Positions 54,743 through 63,245 of a DNA stretch of 64,000 bases are shown here, one piece after another. Source of the stretch: a virus. Numbering within the stretch: the stretch's first letter is position 1; every line of letters starts with the position of its first letter. Where the stretch lies: positions 8,340-72,339 of the IMG/VR virus record IMGVR_UViG_3300032288_003197. One strand, given 5' to 3'. Under the pieces are notes generated by a model. It made no database searches, was not told where the DNA came from, and was given only the letters and a program-made list of their open reading frames with translations. A program made the translations under genes and the position numbers.

Positions 54743-55531
54743 TTATCGGTGTTGTTGAATGGCCTCGGCCAATTCTGGCGAGATTGACTCTGGTAACTGC
54801 GCTTGTAGTCGTACAAAAAGATCTCCTTGGTTGCTGTGCCGATCCTGAATCCCACGCCCGCGCAGACGCAGGGTTGTGCCGTTGGCAGTGAGTGGCGGAA
54901 TTGTGACCACTAACCGGTGGCCGTCAATGTTGACAACTTCGGTTTCGCCGCCTAGAATCATGTCCCAAACACTGGCACGGTGTTCTGTGGTGAGATTCAA
55001 TTCATCTCTGCGAAACTGTGGGTGTGGTTGCACTCTGAATTCAATCACAAGATCTTGACCACCGGGCGCAATGCCTTGATACTGCACCATGTCGCCGTCG
55101 TTGATGCCCCGGGGAATATCTATTTCTATGGTACTTTGGCCTTGCATGCTGCCCAGGGCCACTTGCCTGCGGCCGCCGGTGACCACATCTCGCAGTGTGA
55201 TCCACAAGCTCATTCTCATGTGATTGCGTCGGGGATGTTGGCCAGCAAAACCTCCCATGTGCTGCCCAAACATTTGATTGAGTATGTCGTTCATGTTGAA
55301 CTGTGCACCAAAACCATTGGGAACGCCTTGAAACTGTGGTTGTGGATTGTCGTAGGCCCTGCGCTTGGCTTCATTGCCCAGCACATCATAGGCTGCTTGT
55401 ATCTGCTGAAATCTAGCGGTGTCGCCACCTTTGTCGGGATGATGTTGACTGGCCAACTTTCTAAAAGCTCGCTTGATGTCATCTGCTGTAGCTGTTTTTG
55501 CAACACCCAAGGTGGCGTAGTGATCGGTCAT
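54743..55531 (-). CDS. DnaJ-class chaperone (type II, CbpA-like)
   Basis: J-domain HHPDKGG, G/F region and C-terminal domain, without zinc fingers. Confidence 0.9.
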   Translation of the reverse strand: MTDHYATLGVAKTATADDIKRAFRKLASQHHPDKGGDTARFQQIQAAYDVLGNEAKRRAYDNPQPQFQGVPNGFGAQFNMNDILNQMFGQHMGGFAGQHPRRNHMRMSLWITLRDVVTGGRRQVALGSMQGQSTIEIDIPRGINDGDMVQYQGIAPGGQDLVIEFRVQPHPQFRRDELNLTTEHRASVWDMILGGETEVVNIDGHRLVVTIPPLTANGTTLRLRGRGIQDRHSNQGDLFVRLQAQLPESISPELAEAIQQHR

Positions 55532-55533
55532 AG

Positions 55534-55567
55534 AAAAGGCCCTGTGTGTTTAATTATACAGGGCCTG
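55534..55567 (-). terminator. intrinsic terminator-like hairpin
   Basis: AGGCCCTGT ... ACAGGGCCT followed by TTT. Confidence 0.5.
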
Positions 55568-55584
55568 TGTGGATGAGTTAAAAC

Positions 55585-55809
55585 TTATTTCTTTTTGGGA
55601 TCGGGTACTTTTTCAGCGTCTTCTAGTTTCTTGTGTGCTTTGACTTCTTTGCAATTTTGTTTGGTTTTACCATCTTTTTCTTTTACAGGTTTGCCTTCTT
55701 TGTCTTTGACATCAACACAGACCTTTCGGGTTTCACCGTTGGCTAGAACGGGCAGAGCACTCAAGGTCGCTGTCAGGGCCAGCGCCAATACTGTTACAAA
55801 CTTTTTCAT
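55585..55809 (-). CDS. small secreted Lys-rich protein
   Basis: Signal peptide and two Cys. Confidence 0.7.
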   Translation of the reverse strand: MKKFVTVLALALTATLSALPVLANGETRKVCVDVKDKEGKPVKEKDGKTKQNCKEVKAHKKLEDAEKVPDPKKK

Positions 55810-56045
55810 GATTTTTCCTTTTCTGTTTTGGTTGATCTGTTGGGCACAAACTTTTCCACAGCAGTGGCACCAATGCCCACCATGGCCAAGTATATCATTG
55901 AGTCAAACATGAATGGTTCTACTCGGTAGTTCCAAAACAAGTTTGTCACAAACGCAACGCCACACAGTATGAAAGCAGCAAACGCAATCACACGTTTGCT
56001 GCTCACTGTGTCATCGTGCGAATCTTTCAGCATGCTGCGCAGCAT
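55806..56045 (-). CDS. two-TM membrane protein (holin-like)
   Basis: SSKRVI followed by two TM segments, in the lysis region. Confidence 0.55.
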   Translation of the reverse strand: MLRSMLKDSHDDTVSSKRVIAFAAFILCGVAFVTNLFWNYRVEPFMFDSMIYLAMVGIGATAVEKFVPNRSTKTEKEKS

Positions 56046-56582
56046 TTATCTCTCCGGCCAGGCAGTAATGGGCGGTGGTGCAGCCTTGCCACCCCAACCA
56101 GTGGTGACTTCGGTTGGCGCAGCAGGAACCGGAGTGGTGCCCCAACTTGGTGAGGGGTTGAATCCGGCACCGGGTACGCCACCAAAACCTCTTGACATGT
56201 CAACACTGGCACCAAATCCGCTGGTGGTAACTGTGGTAGTGGAGGTGTTAGAAGCAGCAGCGCTCTTGGCAGCTGAATCAGCATTGGCTGCTGCTTGTTT
56301 TTGTGCAGCCAGCATGGCTTCTTGATCTTCCTTTTTGTTGCCGGCCAACATGATACCACTCAAGGTACCTGTTAGGAATGTGGCGATGGGAATGATCAAT
56401 TCAAAGAACTTCTGATCAATGGGGCTCATGGCGTTGAGTGGTTGAGTAACAAATATGATACTGTACAGCACCACAAACACAATGCCTGTGAGTGTGAGAG
56501 CTAGACAAATTCCAATAAAGAATTTCAGTCGAGCCATCAGCTGCTCTTCGCTATAGATAAATGGTTGTTCTTTATTTTGCAC
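56046..56582 (-). CDS. two-TM membrane protein with a low-complexity tail (holin-like)
   Basis: Two TM segments; GTG start behind AGGAG. Confidence 0.6.
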   Translation of the reverse strand: MQNKEQPFIYSEEQLMARLKFFIGICLALTLTGIVFVVLYSIIFVTQPLNAMSPIDQKFFELIIPIATFLTGTLSGIMLAGNKKEDQEAMLAAQKQAAANADSAAKSAAASNTSTTTVTTSGFGASVDMSRGFGGVPGAGFNPSPSWGTTPVPAAPTEVTTGWGGKAAPPPITAWPER

Positions 56583-56865
56583 AGTTGGCTCCTTGTGGTG
56601 CAGGGGTACAGGCCGGTGCCGGCCGAGAAATGTTAATAGTCGGGGGAGGCGCATTGTCGGGTCCTAGTCTAGGGTCTCGTTGACCCTTGAAAATGTGTTC
56701 GGGGCAGGTGCGTGTGACATCACACTGCGGTAGTTTGCAAAAATCCTTGTCCCAATTGTTGGGATCTTGACAGGGATAACGGAATCTGTCGCCGCCAAAT
56801 ATGGCCAGGCACAAGGGCGCAGCAATCAATACCAGCAACATTAAAAATAATTTTCTATCACTCAT
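56572..56865 (-). CDS. small membrane-anchored Cys-rich protein
   Basis: TM segment + FRYPCQDPNNW ... C ... C ... CPE. Confidence 0.7.
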   Translation of the reverse strand: MSDRKLFLMLLVLIAAPLCLAIFGGDRFRYPCQDPNNWDKDFCKLPQCDVTRTCPEHIFKGQRDPRLGPDNAPPPTINISRPAPACTPAPQGANCAK

Positions 56866-56954
56866 GGGGGATCCTATCAGATATTTATTACAACCGTAGT
56901 TTGCCTGCAGTCAACGCACAATTGTTATTGCCATGTACTATGTTCTCTAAATGT

Positions 56955-57650
56955 TCAAGCTATACCAAATCTAGATTTAAAATAGTTGTAGTTTTGAGTG
57001 ATCTCACTGTCACTCAGCACGCGATTGTAGATCATGGATACTGCCATTCGCCCGCCCAAAAAGTTACCAGCCTGATATGCACCAACTTGACACACTGCTG
57101 GTGTGGGTGTGAATGTAGCGGTGTTGGAGTTGGTCACAGGAGTATTCTGATTTAGATACAGTCTCCAACCTGTTGAAGTGTTGAAACTCACTGCTCCGTA
57201 TACCCATTGATTCAGCGGTGTTGTCACAGGACTCACCACAGTTGACCAGGCACTGTTGTGTCCGGCATGTAGAAATTGAGTGTTATTGCCCCAAAAGGCA
57301 TGATCAGTGCTGGTGACTCCGCCACTGATGAGGTTCAAAAAGTTTCCGGTCACATAGAACACAGCTATCTTGGTGTAGGCCGCGGCCGGCAAAATAGCTG
57401 TGCTTGCAGCATACCCACCAGACATTGTAAAGTAACTCTGTGCGCCGGCACTGGTCCAGGGAGGATTGTTAGTCAATGTAAAATTATTTCCAGCACCGCT
57501 CAAATCAGTCCAGGTGGTTCCAGAGCCTGGATAACTGGAGTTCTCACCGGCGTCAAGATAGGTGATAAGTCCCGAAGTCACATAGGCTTCCGCAGAAGTT
57601 ATTGTAACCCCTGCTCCCACTGTGATTCCTGGTCCTATTATAATTGCCAT
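56955..57650 (-). CDS. LamG/concanavalin A-like lectin domain protein
   Basis: LDAG ... SYPGSGTTWTDLSG; IYNRVLSDSEITQNY. Confidence 0.8.
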   Translation of the reverse strand: MAIIIGPGITVGAGVTITSAEAYVTSGLITYLDAGENSSYPGSGTTWTDLSGAGNNFTLTNNPPWTSAGAQSYFTMSGGYAASTAILPAAAYTKIAVFYVTGNFLNLISGGVTSTDHAFWGNNTQFLHAGHNSAWSTVVSPVTTPLNQWVYGAVSFNTSTGWRLYLNQNTPVTNSNTATFTPTPAVCQVGAYQAGNFLGGRMAVSMIYNRVLSDSEITQNYNYFKSRFGIA

Positions 57651-57653
57651 ATA

Positions 57654-58388
57654 TTATAATCCAAATCTTGTTTTGTTTGTGTTCCAGCTGGCGGTAACGC
57701 CGCCAGCACCAATGTCTGTGTTATACACATTGAGAATGGCCAGGCGGCCGCCCCACAAACCACCTGGATCCCAACGAGTCATCAAGCCATAGCCAATTGC
57801 AGGATTGGCTGCGCCGCCTGGCGGCTCTGTAGCAGTTTGTACCAGGGTGTTGTTTACATACAATTTGAGAGTGGTGCCATCAAATGTACCCACAATCTGA
57901 TACCATGCACCGGGTGTTAGTGAATATGACGGAGTACCGTGGAAGCCACCACCGTACCACCAGGCCTGTAATTCATTGTCAGCACCGCTGCCGCCGCCCC
58001 AGCCCAGTCCAAGATTGATAGTACCACCACCATAGGAGTATTCTGTGAATATGTTGGGTCCAGAGGATGTGTTGGTTCCATCATAGTAATGCCATGCTTC
58101 AATTGACCACGTGGCCAGTGTGCCTAAATTTGTAGTACTATATCCATACTGCCCACTACCGGGATTAAACTGTATGTACCCACCGTTGCCGCTGTTGTAT
58201 GTGGGACCGTTAACAAGAGTAAACGGTATTGACCCCACCGTGTCAGTCCATGTGGTTCCAGAGCCTGGATAACTGGCAGGATTGCCAGCGTCAAGACTGA
58301 GTGCTGGACTAAGTGCAGGTGCAGTTGATCCTGCGCCAATTGATACGCCACCACCTATTTCTATTCCTGGTCCGATTATTAATGCCAT
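57654..58388 (-). CDS. LamG/concanavalin A-like lectin domain protein (paralog)
   Basis: LDAG ... SYPGSGTTWTD; WYQIVGTFDGTTLKLYVN. Confidence 0.8.
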   Translation of the reverse strand: MALIIGPGIEIGGGVSIGAGSTAPALSPALSLDAGNPASYPGSGTTWTDTVGSIPFTLVNGPTYNSGNGGYIQFNPGSGQYGYSTTNLGTLATWSIEAWHYYDGTNTSSGPNIFTEYSYGGGTINLGLGWGGGSGADNELQAWWYGGGFHGTPSYSLTPGAWYQIVGTFDGTTLKLYVNNTLVQTATEPPGGAANPAIGYGLMTRWDPGGLWGGRLAILNVYNTDIGAGGVTASWNTNKTRFGL

Positions 58389-59006
58389 TTACACTCCCAG
58401 TACGTGTAATGCGTGTTCGGTGTGTCGGATACGATCTTCTAGGCCAATAAAGCCACCGTTGATGGCGCGAGTGAGCCCTTTGACATCGTTGGCATCAGCA
58501 AATCTATTGAGTTTGTTTTGTTCCCAGAAGAAACAGGCACTCTGTGCTGCTCCCTCAAATGTGGCAAGATACTCACTGGCTTCTTCTACTGGAATGCCCA
58601 GGCTGCCGGCAAAAAATGTATAGTTATCTTTACCGGTCAACTGTATAAGTCCACGTCCGCAGTAGCGCCAGCCATCACCTGATGCTTCATCACCGTTGCC
58701 CATTCTATTGGCATACACTCGGTTGGCAATTTTTTCTGGCTTTAATGCATACTGAGCTGCCAATTCATCTGTGGGGAAATACTTGGGAAATGTCTTGCGC
58801 AGGCTCGCAGCCTTGTAATTCAAGTTTTCTTGAATAAACAAAAAGTTGTTGCTTTCATGAGCACACTGAGCCACAAAGTGTGCCACACGGTGCGGGGTAT
58901 TGATGTCATAGTCTGGCAGCAGTTGCGCCAGAGCCTCATACCATTGATCAATGTATGGATTTTTGATCATTTGTTTGAGTTGATCTTTTGTCAAAATTGT
59001 GCTCAT
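58389..59006 (-). CDS. GH19 chitinase-like endolysin
   Basis: FVAQCAHES, ENLNY, GRGLIQLTGKDNY, INGG. Confidence 0.9.
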   Translation of the reverse strand: MSTILTKDQLKQMIKNPYIDQWYEALAQLLPDYDINTPHRVAHFVAQCAHESNNFLFIQENLNYKAASLRKTFPKYFPTDELAAQYALKPEKIANRVYANRMGNGDEASGDGWRYCGRGLIQLTGKDNYTFFAGSLGIPVEEASEYLATFEGAAQSACFFWEQNKLNRFADANDVKGLTRAINGGFIGLEDRIRHTEHALHVLGV

Positions 59007-59027
59007 GATATTCCTTTGTTGTTGCCG

Positions 59028-59306
59028 TTATTTTCCAGCCTGTTCAAATATGTATTTTTGAACTTGATACCACTCGATCCAAGCGTCGGTTTTGACCTGG
59101 CATTCATAGTAAGTGGTATAGTTTATGGTCACAGTGCGAGACACATCACTCAAGTTGGGTGTGTCTGTGAGTTTTTGCAGTGCTGGGCATGGTGTTGTGG
59201 CCAATCGACCCGGGGGCTCGGGGAATCGTGCTGTGACCGGCACTGCTGTGGAGCAGCCGGACAGCACCAAAGTTGCCAGCAACAGGGTTCTCGTCAGCAG
59301 TTCCAT
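59028..59306 (-). CDS. o-spanin-like lipoprotein
   Basis: Lipobox LSGC, Pro-rich with two further Cys, next to the endolysin. Confidence 0.7.
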   Translation of the reverse strand: MELLTRTLLLATLVLSGCSTAVPVTARFPEPPGRLATTPCPALQKLTDTPNLSDVSRTVTINYTTYYECQVKTDAWIEWYQVQKYIFEQAGK

Positions 59307-60787
59307 TTTCTCAGAGCCAGGGCTTTTCTAGTGGGCTTGCCGTTGGGCTTTTTCATTGGGCCCTTGACGCCGCTCATTCTGGCGCAAAATGATTTGCGGC
59401 GCTTGGCTGCTTTGCTGCCGGGCTTGAGCTTTGAGGGCTTTGTGGTCACAGCCATTTGCAGTTTGCTACCAGGATTCTCTCTACGATAGCTGGCCACACC
59501 CTTGGCGTTGAGACCGCCTTTTTTGCTCTTGCCTTCTTTGCGTCGCCAGGCTGCTGTTTCATACAACACATTGTCTGGCAGAGTTTCAAATGTTTCCCAC
59601 ACCATGTCTTTATCTACGCCGTTCTTGGCTGCCATTTCTTCTGCCAACTGATCCATGGCTTCAAACATGGCATCAATTTCAGGATCTACTTCATCGCTGG
59701 CTTCTTCTGAATACATGTAGTCCCACACACTCACCAGCATGCTCTTGGCCACAGCAATCTTTTCTTGACACCATTCAGGCAAGTTGTCTCCGGGCTGAAT
59801 CAATTGATCAAGGCCGTCAACTGCACGAGCCAGGGTTTCGAGATTGTTTTCGGCCATGCCGGCTTCGTCATCGTATTCAGGATTGAAATCTTCGTCTACC
59901 TTGGATTGTCCTTGTTGACGCTTGTTCACATAGTATGAATCATTTTTTCCATAACCGTGGCGTCGAGCCATGGCACGCAGTTCTTCTTCGGATCGGTCCT
60001 TGAATCGTTCTGCAAATTCCTCAGCTGACATTGCAGCCAGTTTTGTTTTGAGTTTGATCACCGAAGGCGGCATTGCGCCTTCTGCTGTGTCTTGCTCCTT
60101 GACAGCACCAAATCCGTGCAATCTATTGCCTGCTGCCACTGCGGCCTTGGTTGCTTTTTGTACATCTGCAGGAGTTGATGAGTAACCACTTTTTGGATTT
60201 GCGGCCCAGGCATCCATTTTGTCTGCTGCTCTTTTATCAACTGCTTTTAGTGCTGCTCTACCTGCTGGGGTATCACCAATTTCACTTAATTGTTTTTCGG
60301 CCTGGCCCGACTCATCTATGTCGCCACTTTTTAACAAGCCGTAAGCATAGCTGGCCAGGTCCTGCGCACTGATTTGATCGCCAAAGCTCATGGCTTTGAC
60401 AATGGCCCGTTTGACGTCTGCTGAGTCAGCATGCTTCATGAATTCAGGCGCACCGCGAACCATGATTTGATAAACTTGATTGTGAGTTTCTTGGCTGTTT
60501 TCATTTAGGCCTTTGCCGGAATATTGTTTGTACATGGTCAAAAGTTTTTCCTTTAATTTTGGATAAGCACCGTAACCGCCCCAATCAAATCCAGTTTTTG
60601 TTGATGCCAACCACTGGGCTAGGTCTTCGATGGTTGAGAATTTTTTTACTTCATCCTCGCCGGTGTCAAGATTTCTAAATCTAGCAAGATGCTGAGATCC
60701 ATTTTGATTGGGCATGACATAAATCCAGCCGCCAATTCGGCCAGTGTCTTCTGCCACGGTTCGTTTGTAAAGTTCTGTCAAAATCAT
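59294..60787 (-). CDS. modular virion-type protein with a DUF6321-like basic C-terminus
   Basis: C-terminal AAWRRKEGKSKKGGLNAKG ... RKSFCARM ... ALRKWNC; Glu-punctuated modules. Confidence 0.7.
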   Translation of the reverse strand: MILTELYKRTVAEDTGRIGGWIYVMPNQNGSQHLARFRNLDTGEDEVKKFSTIEDLAQWLASTKTGFDWGGYGAYPKLKEKLLTMYKQYSGKGLNENSQETHNQVYQIMVRGAPEFMKHADSADVKRAIVKAMSFGDQISAQDLASYAYGLLKSGDIDESGQAEKQLSEIGDTPAGRAALKAVDKRAADKMDAWAANPKSGYSSTPADVQKATKAAVAAGNRLHGFGAVKEQDTAEGAMPPSVIKLKTKLAAMSAEEFAERFKDRSEEELRAMARRHGYGKNDSYYVNKRQQGQSKVDEDFNPEYDDEAGMAENNLETLARAVDGLDQLIQPGDNLPEWCQEKIAVAKSMLVSVWDYMYSEEASDEVDPEIDAMFEAMDQLAEEMAAKNGVDKDMVWETFETLPDNVLYETAAWRRKEGKSKKGGLNAKGVASYRRENPGSKLQMAVTTKPSKLKPGSKAAKRRKSFCARMSGVKGPMKKPNGKPTRKALALRKWNC

Positions 60788-61251
60788 TTTTTAGGTGCCT
60801 CGGCTGCTGTGTTGTGTGCTGTCACAAATTCTCGGGGAATCTCGCATGCACCACCAGGTGCAAACTTGGTATCGTATTTAACAATTTCTCGGTCCACATA
60901 CTGAATCACGTCTTTGCCTCGACGAGTGATGTATTCAGTGCGTGTCACAGTTTTTGTCACAATCTTTTCGTTGGCCGCAGCACTCCGGACTTCGGCCTCT
61001 TTTAATCGTGCTTCAACTTCGGCCACTCGCTCACGCCACTGCATTTCAATGGCATAGCCGCCACGAAAATACACACCCAGGGTCAACAGCAATATTCCAG
61101 CAATCTTGAACGGCAGCTGGTATTGGTATATCAGTGGGAATGGAATTCTGTGAATGAAAAATCCTGCAACAGTCAACACAATGCCGGCAAACAGCAGTAT
61201 GTTGCAAAACCACAGGATCAAGGCATCGGGCAAAAAGTGTAGAATCCACAT
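60784..61251 (-). CDS. i-spanin-like membrane protein
   Basis: N-terminal TM segments, coiled coil and C-terminal Cys; start moved to MWILHFLP. Confidence 0.6.
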   Translation of the reverse strand: MWILHFLPDALILWFCNILLFAGIVLTVAGFFIHRIPFPLIYQYQLPFKIAGILLLTLGVYFRGGYAIEMQWRERVAEVEARLKEAEVRSAAANEKIVTKTVTRTEYITRRGKDVIQYVDREIVKYDTKFAPGGACEIPREFVTAHNTAAEAPKK

Positions 61252-61280
61252 AAGGATATTTAGCATCGATAAGTACTTGG

Positions 61281-62432
61281 ATGAATGTACTGATATTAAC
61301 TCCTGACCGCGTGGGATCAACACTGCTGCAAAGATTAATTACTGTGTACATGAATTTTCATGACTTTGATCAGCCTGTGATCAACTTGCACGAACTTTCC
61401 AATGGGTTGATAAAATACTACAATCCTGCATATCACCGTGAAGTACTGGGAAAACCCAATGATCGTCCTTGGGGATACTATCAAACTTTAGAATCCATAA
61501 CTGAGTTGTTGAATTCCACAACTCATTACAAAACGTCAAGACTTGCACATTACCACATTCAAAATCGCGCTGATACTTTAGAACAACAAATACCTTTTTA
61601 CAATTATCTCAATGAGAATTTTTTTATTATCCAAGCACGGCGCCGTAACTTGTTGGAACATGCACTCAGTTGGTGTATCTATAATGAAACCAAAAAACTA
61701 AACGTTTACAGTCATGCAGAAAAATTGCAGGTACTGGGCGATCTTTACCAGCATCGAATCACGGTTGATCCTGGAATAATGATCAACTACATATTCAAAT
61801 ACAAAGATTATCTAGAGTGGGTGGATCGACACTTTGTGGTCAGTAGTCATTTTGAGTATGAGCAACACTTGCCAGAAATAGAAAAGTACATACTTAATCT
61901 TGGCATTTTTAAAACACAACCACAAAAAATAAGTTGGCAAGATCATTTTAACATTGATTTTCAAGACTGGAACCGCTGTCATTATCTGCTGAGCGATCTA
62001 TCGGGACTGAGTAAACAGTTGCCGGGAGCAGAACAGTCGCTGCAAATAGAATACAACGGTATTGGTGCCGGTGCCCTGCAACTTCAATCAATCGCCCAGT
62101 CTGACATTGCATTGAACCTCAGTGCTGCTGATCAAGATTTTCTATTGCGGCACGGTGCAAATTATCAAACAGTGTCGGACGCCATCCAGGAGCTGGTGGA
62201 CAGAAAAACACTCACAACAACAATTCCAATAAAACTAAACACATTGTTGGAAAAACGTCTGTTGATCAAGAATTTTGATGAGTGTGTGGACATATATAAT
62301 CAGTGGATCACCAATCCACACAGTAAAATACGCGGTCTAGGCGATGTGTATGATCTGGAAACAATTGATTTTGAAACACAAAAAGAGATAAAAAATTGGC
62401 ATGTGATGCCACAGCTAACCAACACGATGTAG
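61281..62432 (+). CDS. sulfotransferase-like P-loop protein
   Basis: ILTPDRVGSTLL (5'PSB-like) and RRRNLLEHALSW (3'PB-like); only plus-strand gene. Confidence 0.6.
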   Translation: MNVLILTPDRVGSTLLQRLITVYMNFHDFDQPVINLHELSNGLIKYYNPAYHREVLGKPNDRPWGYYQTLESITELLNSTTHYKTSRLAHYHIQNRADTLEQQIPFYNYLNENFFIIQARRRNLLEHALSWCIYNETKKLNVYSHAEKLQVLGDLYQHRITVDPGIMINYIFKYKDYLEWVDRHFVVSSHFEYEQHLPEIEKYILNLGIFKTQPQKISWQDHFNIDFQDWNRCHYLLSDLSGLSKQLPGAEQSLQIEYNGIGAGALQLQSIAQSDIALNLSAADQDFLLRHGANYQTVSDAIQELVDRKTLTTTIPIKLNTLLEKRLLIKNFDECVDIYNQWITNPHSKIRGLGDVYDLETIDFETQKEIKNWHVMPQLTNTM

Positions 62433-63215
62433 TATTTGATCCACAAACCATTCAGCAGTGCTGATGTCATAATGGAACCCATCTCTGGCATAATCTTGTT
62501 GTTGTACCAATATTGTATTGAATTCGTGCAGTATAGATTGCAACTGCCAATGGTGATCAAAGTGCCGGGGCAATACTAGATTTTCGGGCCTAGCAGCAGG
62601 CAATGTTTCAGGCCAATGTGATTTGCGCTCGTTCCACCACCAACCCTCTGCTTCTCTGCGACTGATCCCGGGAGCAGCGTTGGGGATGACGCTTTGTATC
62701 ACTCCGGTATACCCAGCAAATTCCTGGCACAACATGCGCCAGCTTGGTATATTTTGATCAGGATCTGCACTTTGTGCAGTGTGCGCAATTTTTTTGTAAT
62801 GGCTGTCTTCAGTTCTGTGCAAAAAACTCCATTGTATCACACAGTGCTGCGGTTGAATTTGTTTCAGCACCTGTCTTGCTTGTCTCGCAATCCACGCATT
62901 GCTGGCCCCGTCCATGCTGACATTGATGGTCCTGGTGTTGGTTCTGTGTTGCAACACCGAGGGCCATGTGTGAGCCAATGCACTGCCTATGCCCACAGTA
63001 AAACTGTCACCAATGCACCAAATGGCTTGCTGCAATTCTTCCTTGGACTGGGGCCATTCCAGATCTCTATAACCTCGACTGTTGAAATTGTATTGTACTG
63101 GATGGGGATATTGTTTGAAGTGCTTGGGATCAAGGCACAAGTCCAACGTATCTATACCAGAATAATCCCACTGTACATTGGCGCGAGTGGGCAATACAAA
63201 ATCAGGTAATATCAT
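62415..63215 (-). CDS. SGNH-like hypothetical protein
   Basis: FNSRGYRD, IGDSFTVG, GASN, ARDGFH. Confidence 0.6.
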   Translation of the reverse strand: MILPDFVLPTRANVQWDYSGIDTLDLCLDPKHFKQYPHPVQYNFNSRGYRDLEWPQSKEELQQAIWCIGDSFTVGIGSALAHTWPSVLQHRTNTRTINVSMDGASNAWIARQARQVLKQIQPQHCVIQWSFLHRTEDSHYKKIAHTAQSADPDQNIPSWRMLCQEFAGYTGVIQSVIPNAAPGISRREAEGWWWNERKSHWPETLPAARPENLVLPRHFDHHWQLQSILHEFNTILVQQQDYARDGFHYDISTAEWFVDQILHRVG

Positions 63216-63245
63216 TCAATCGTTGTGTTGAATTGCAAGTGAAAC

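Noticed and set aside
56955-58388. Diversity-generating retroelement
   Set aside because: No reverse transcriptase in the window and no long template/variable repeat pair differing at adenines.
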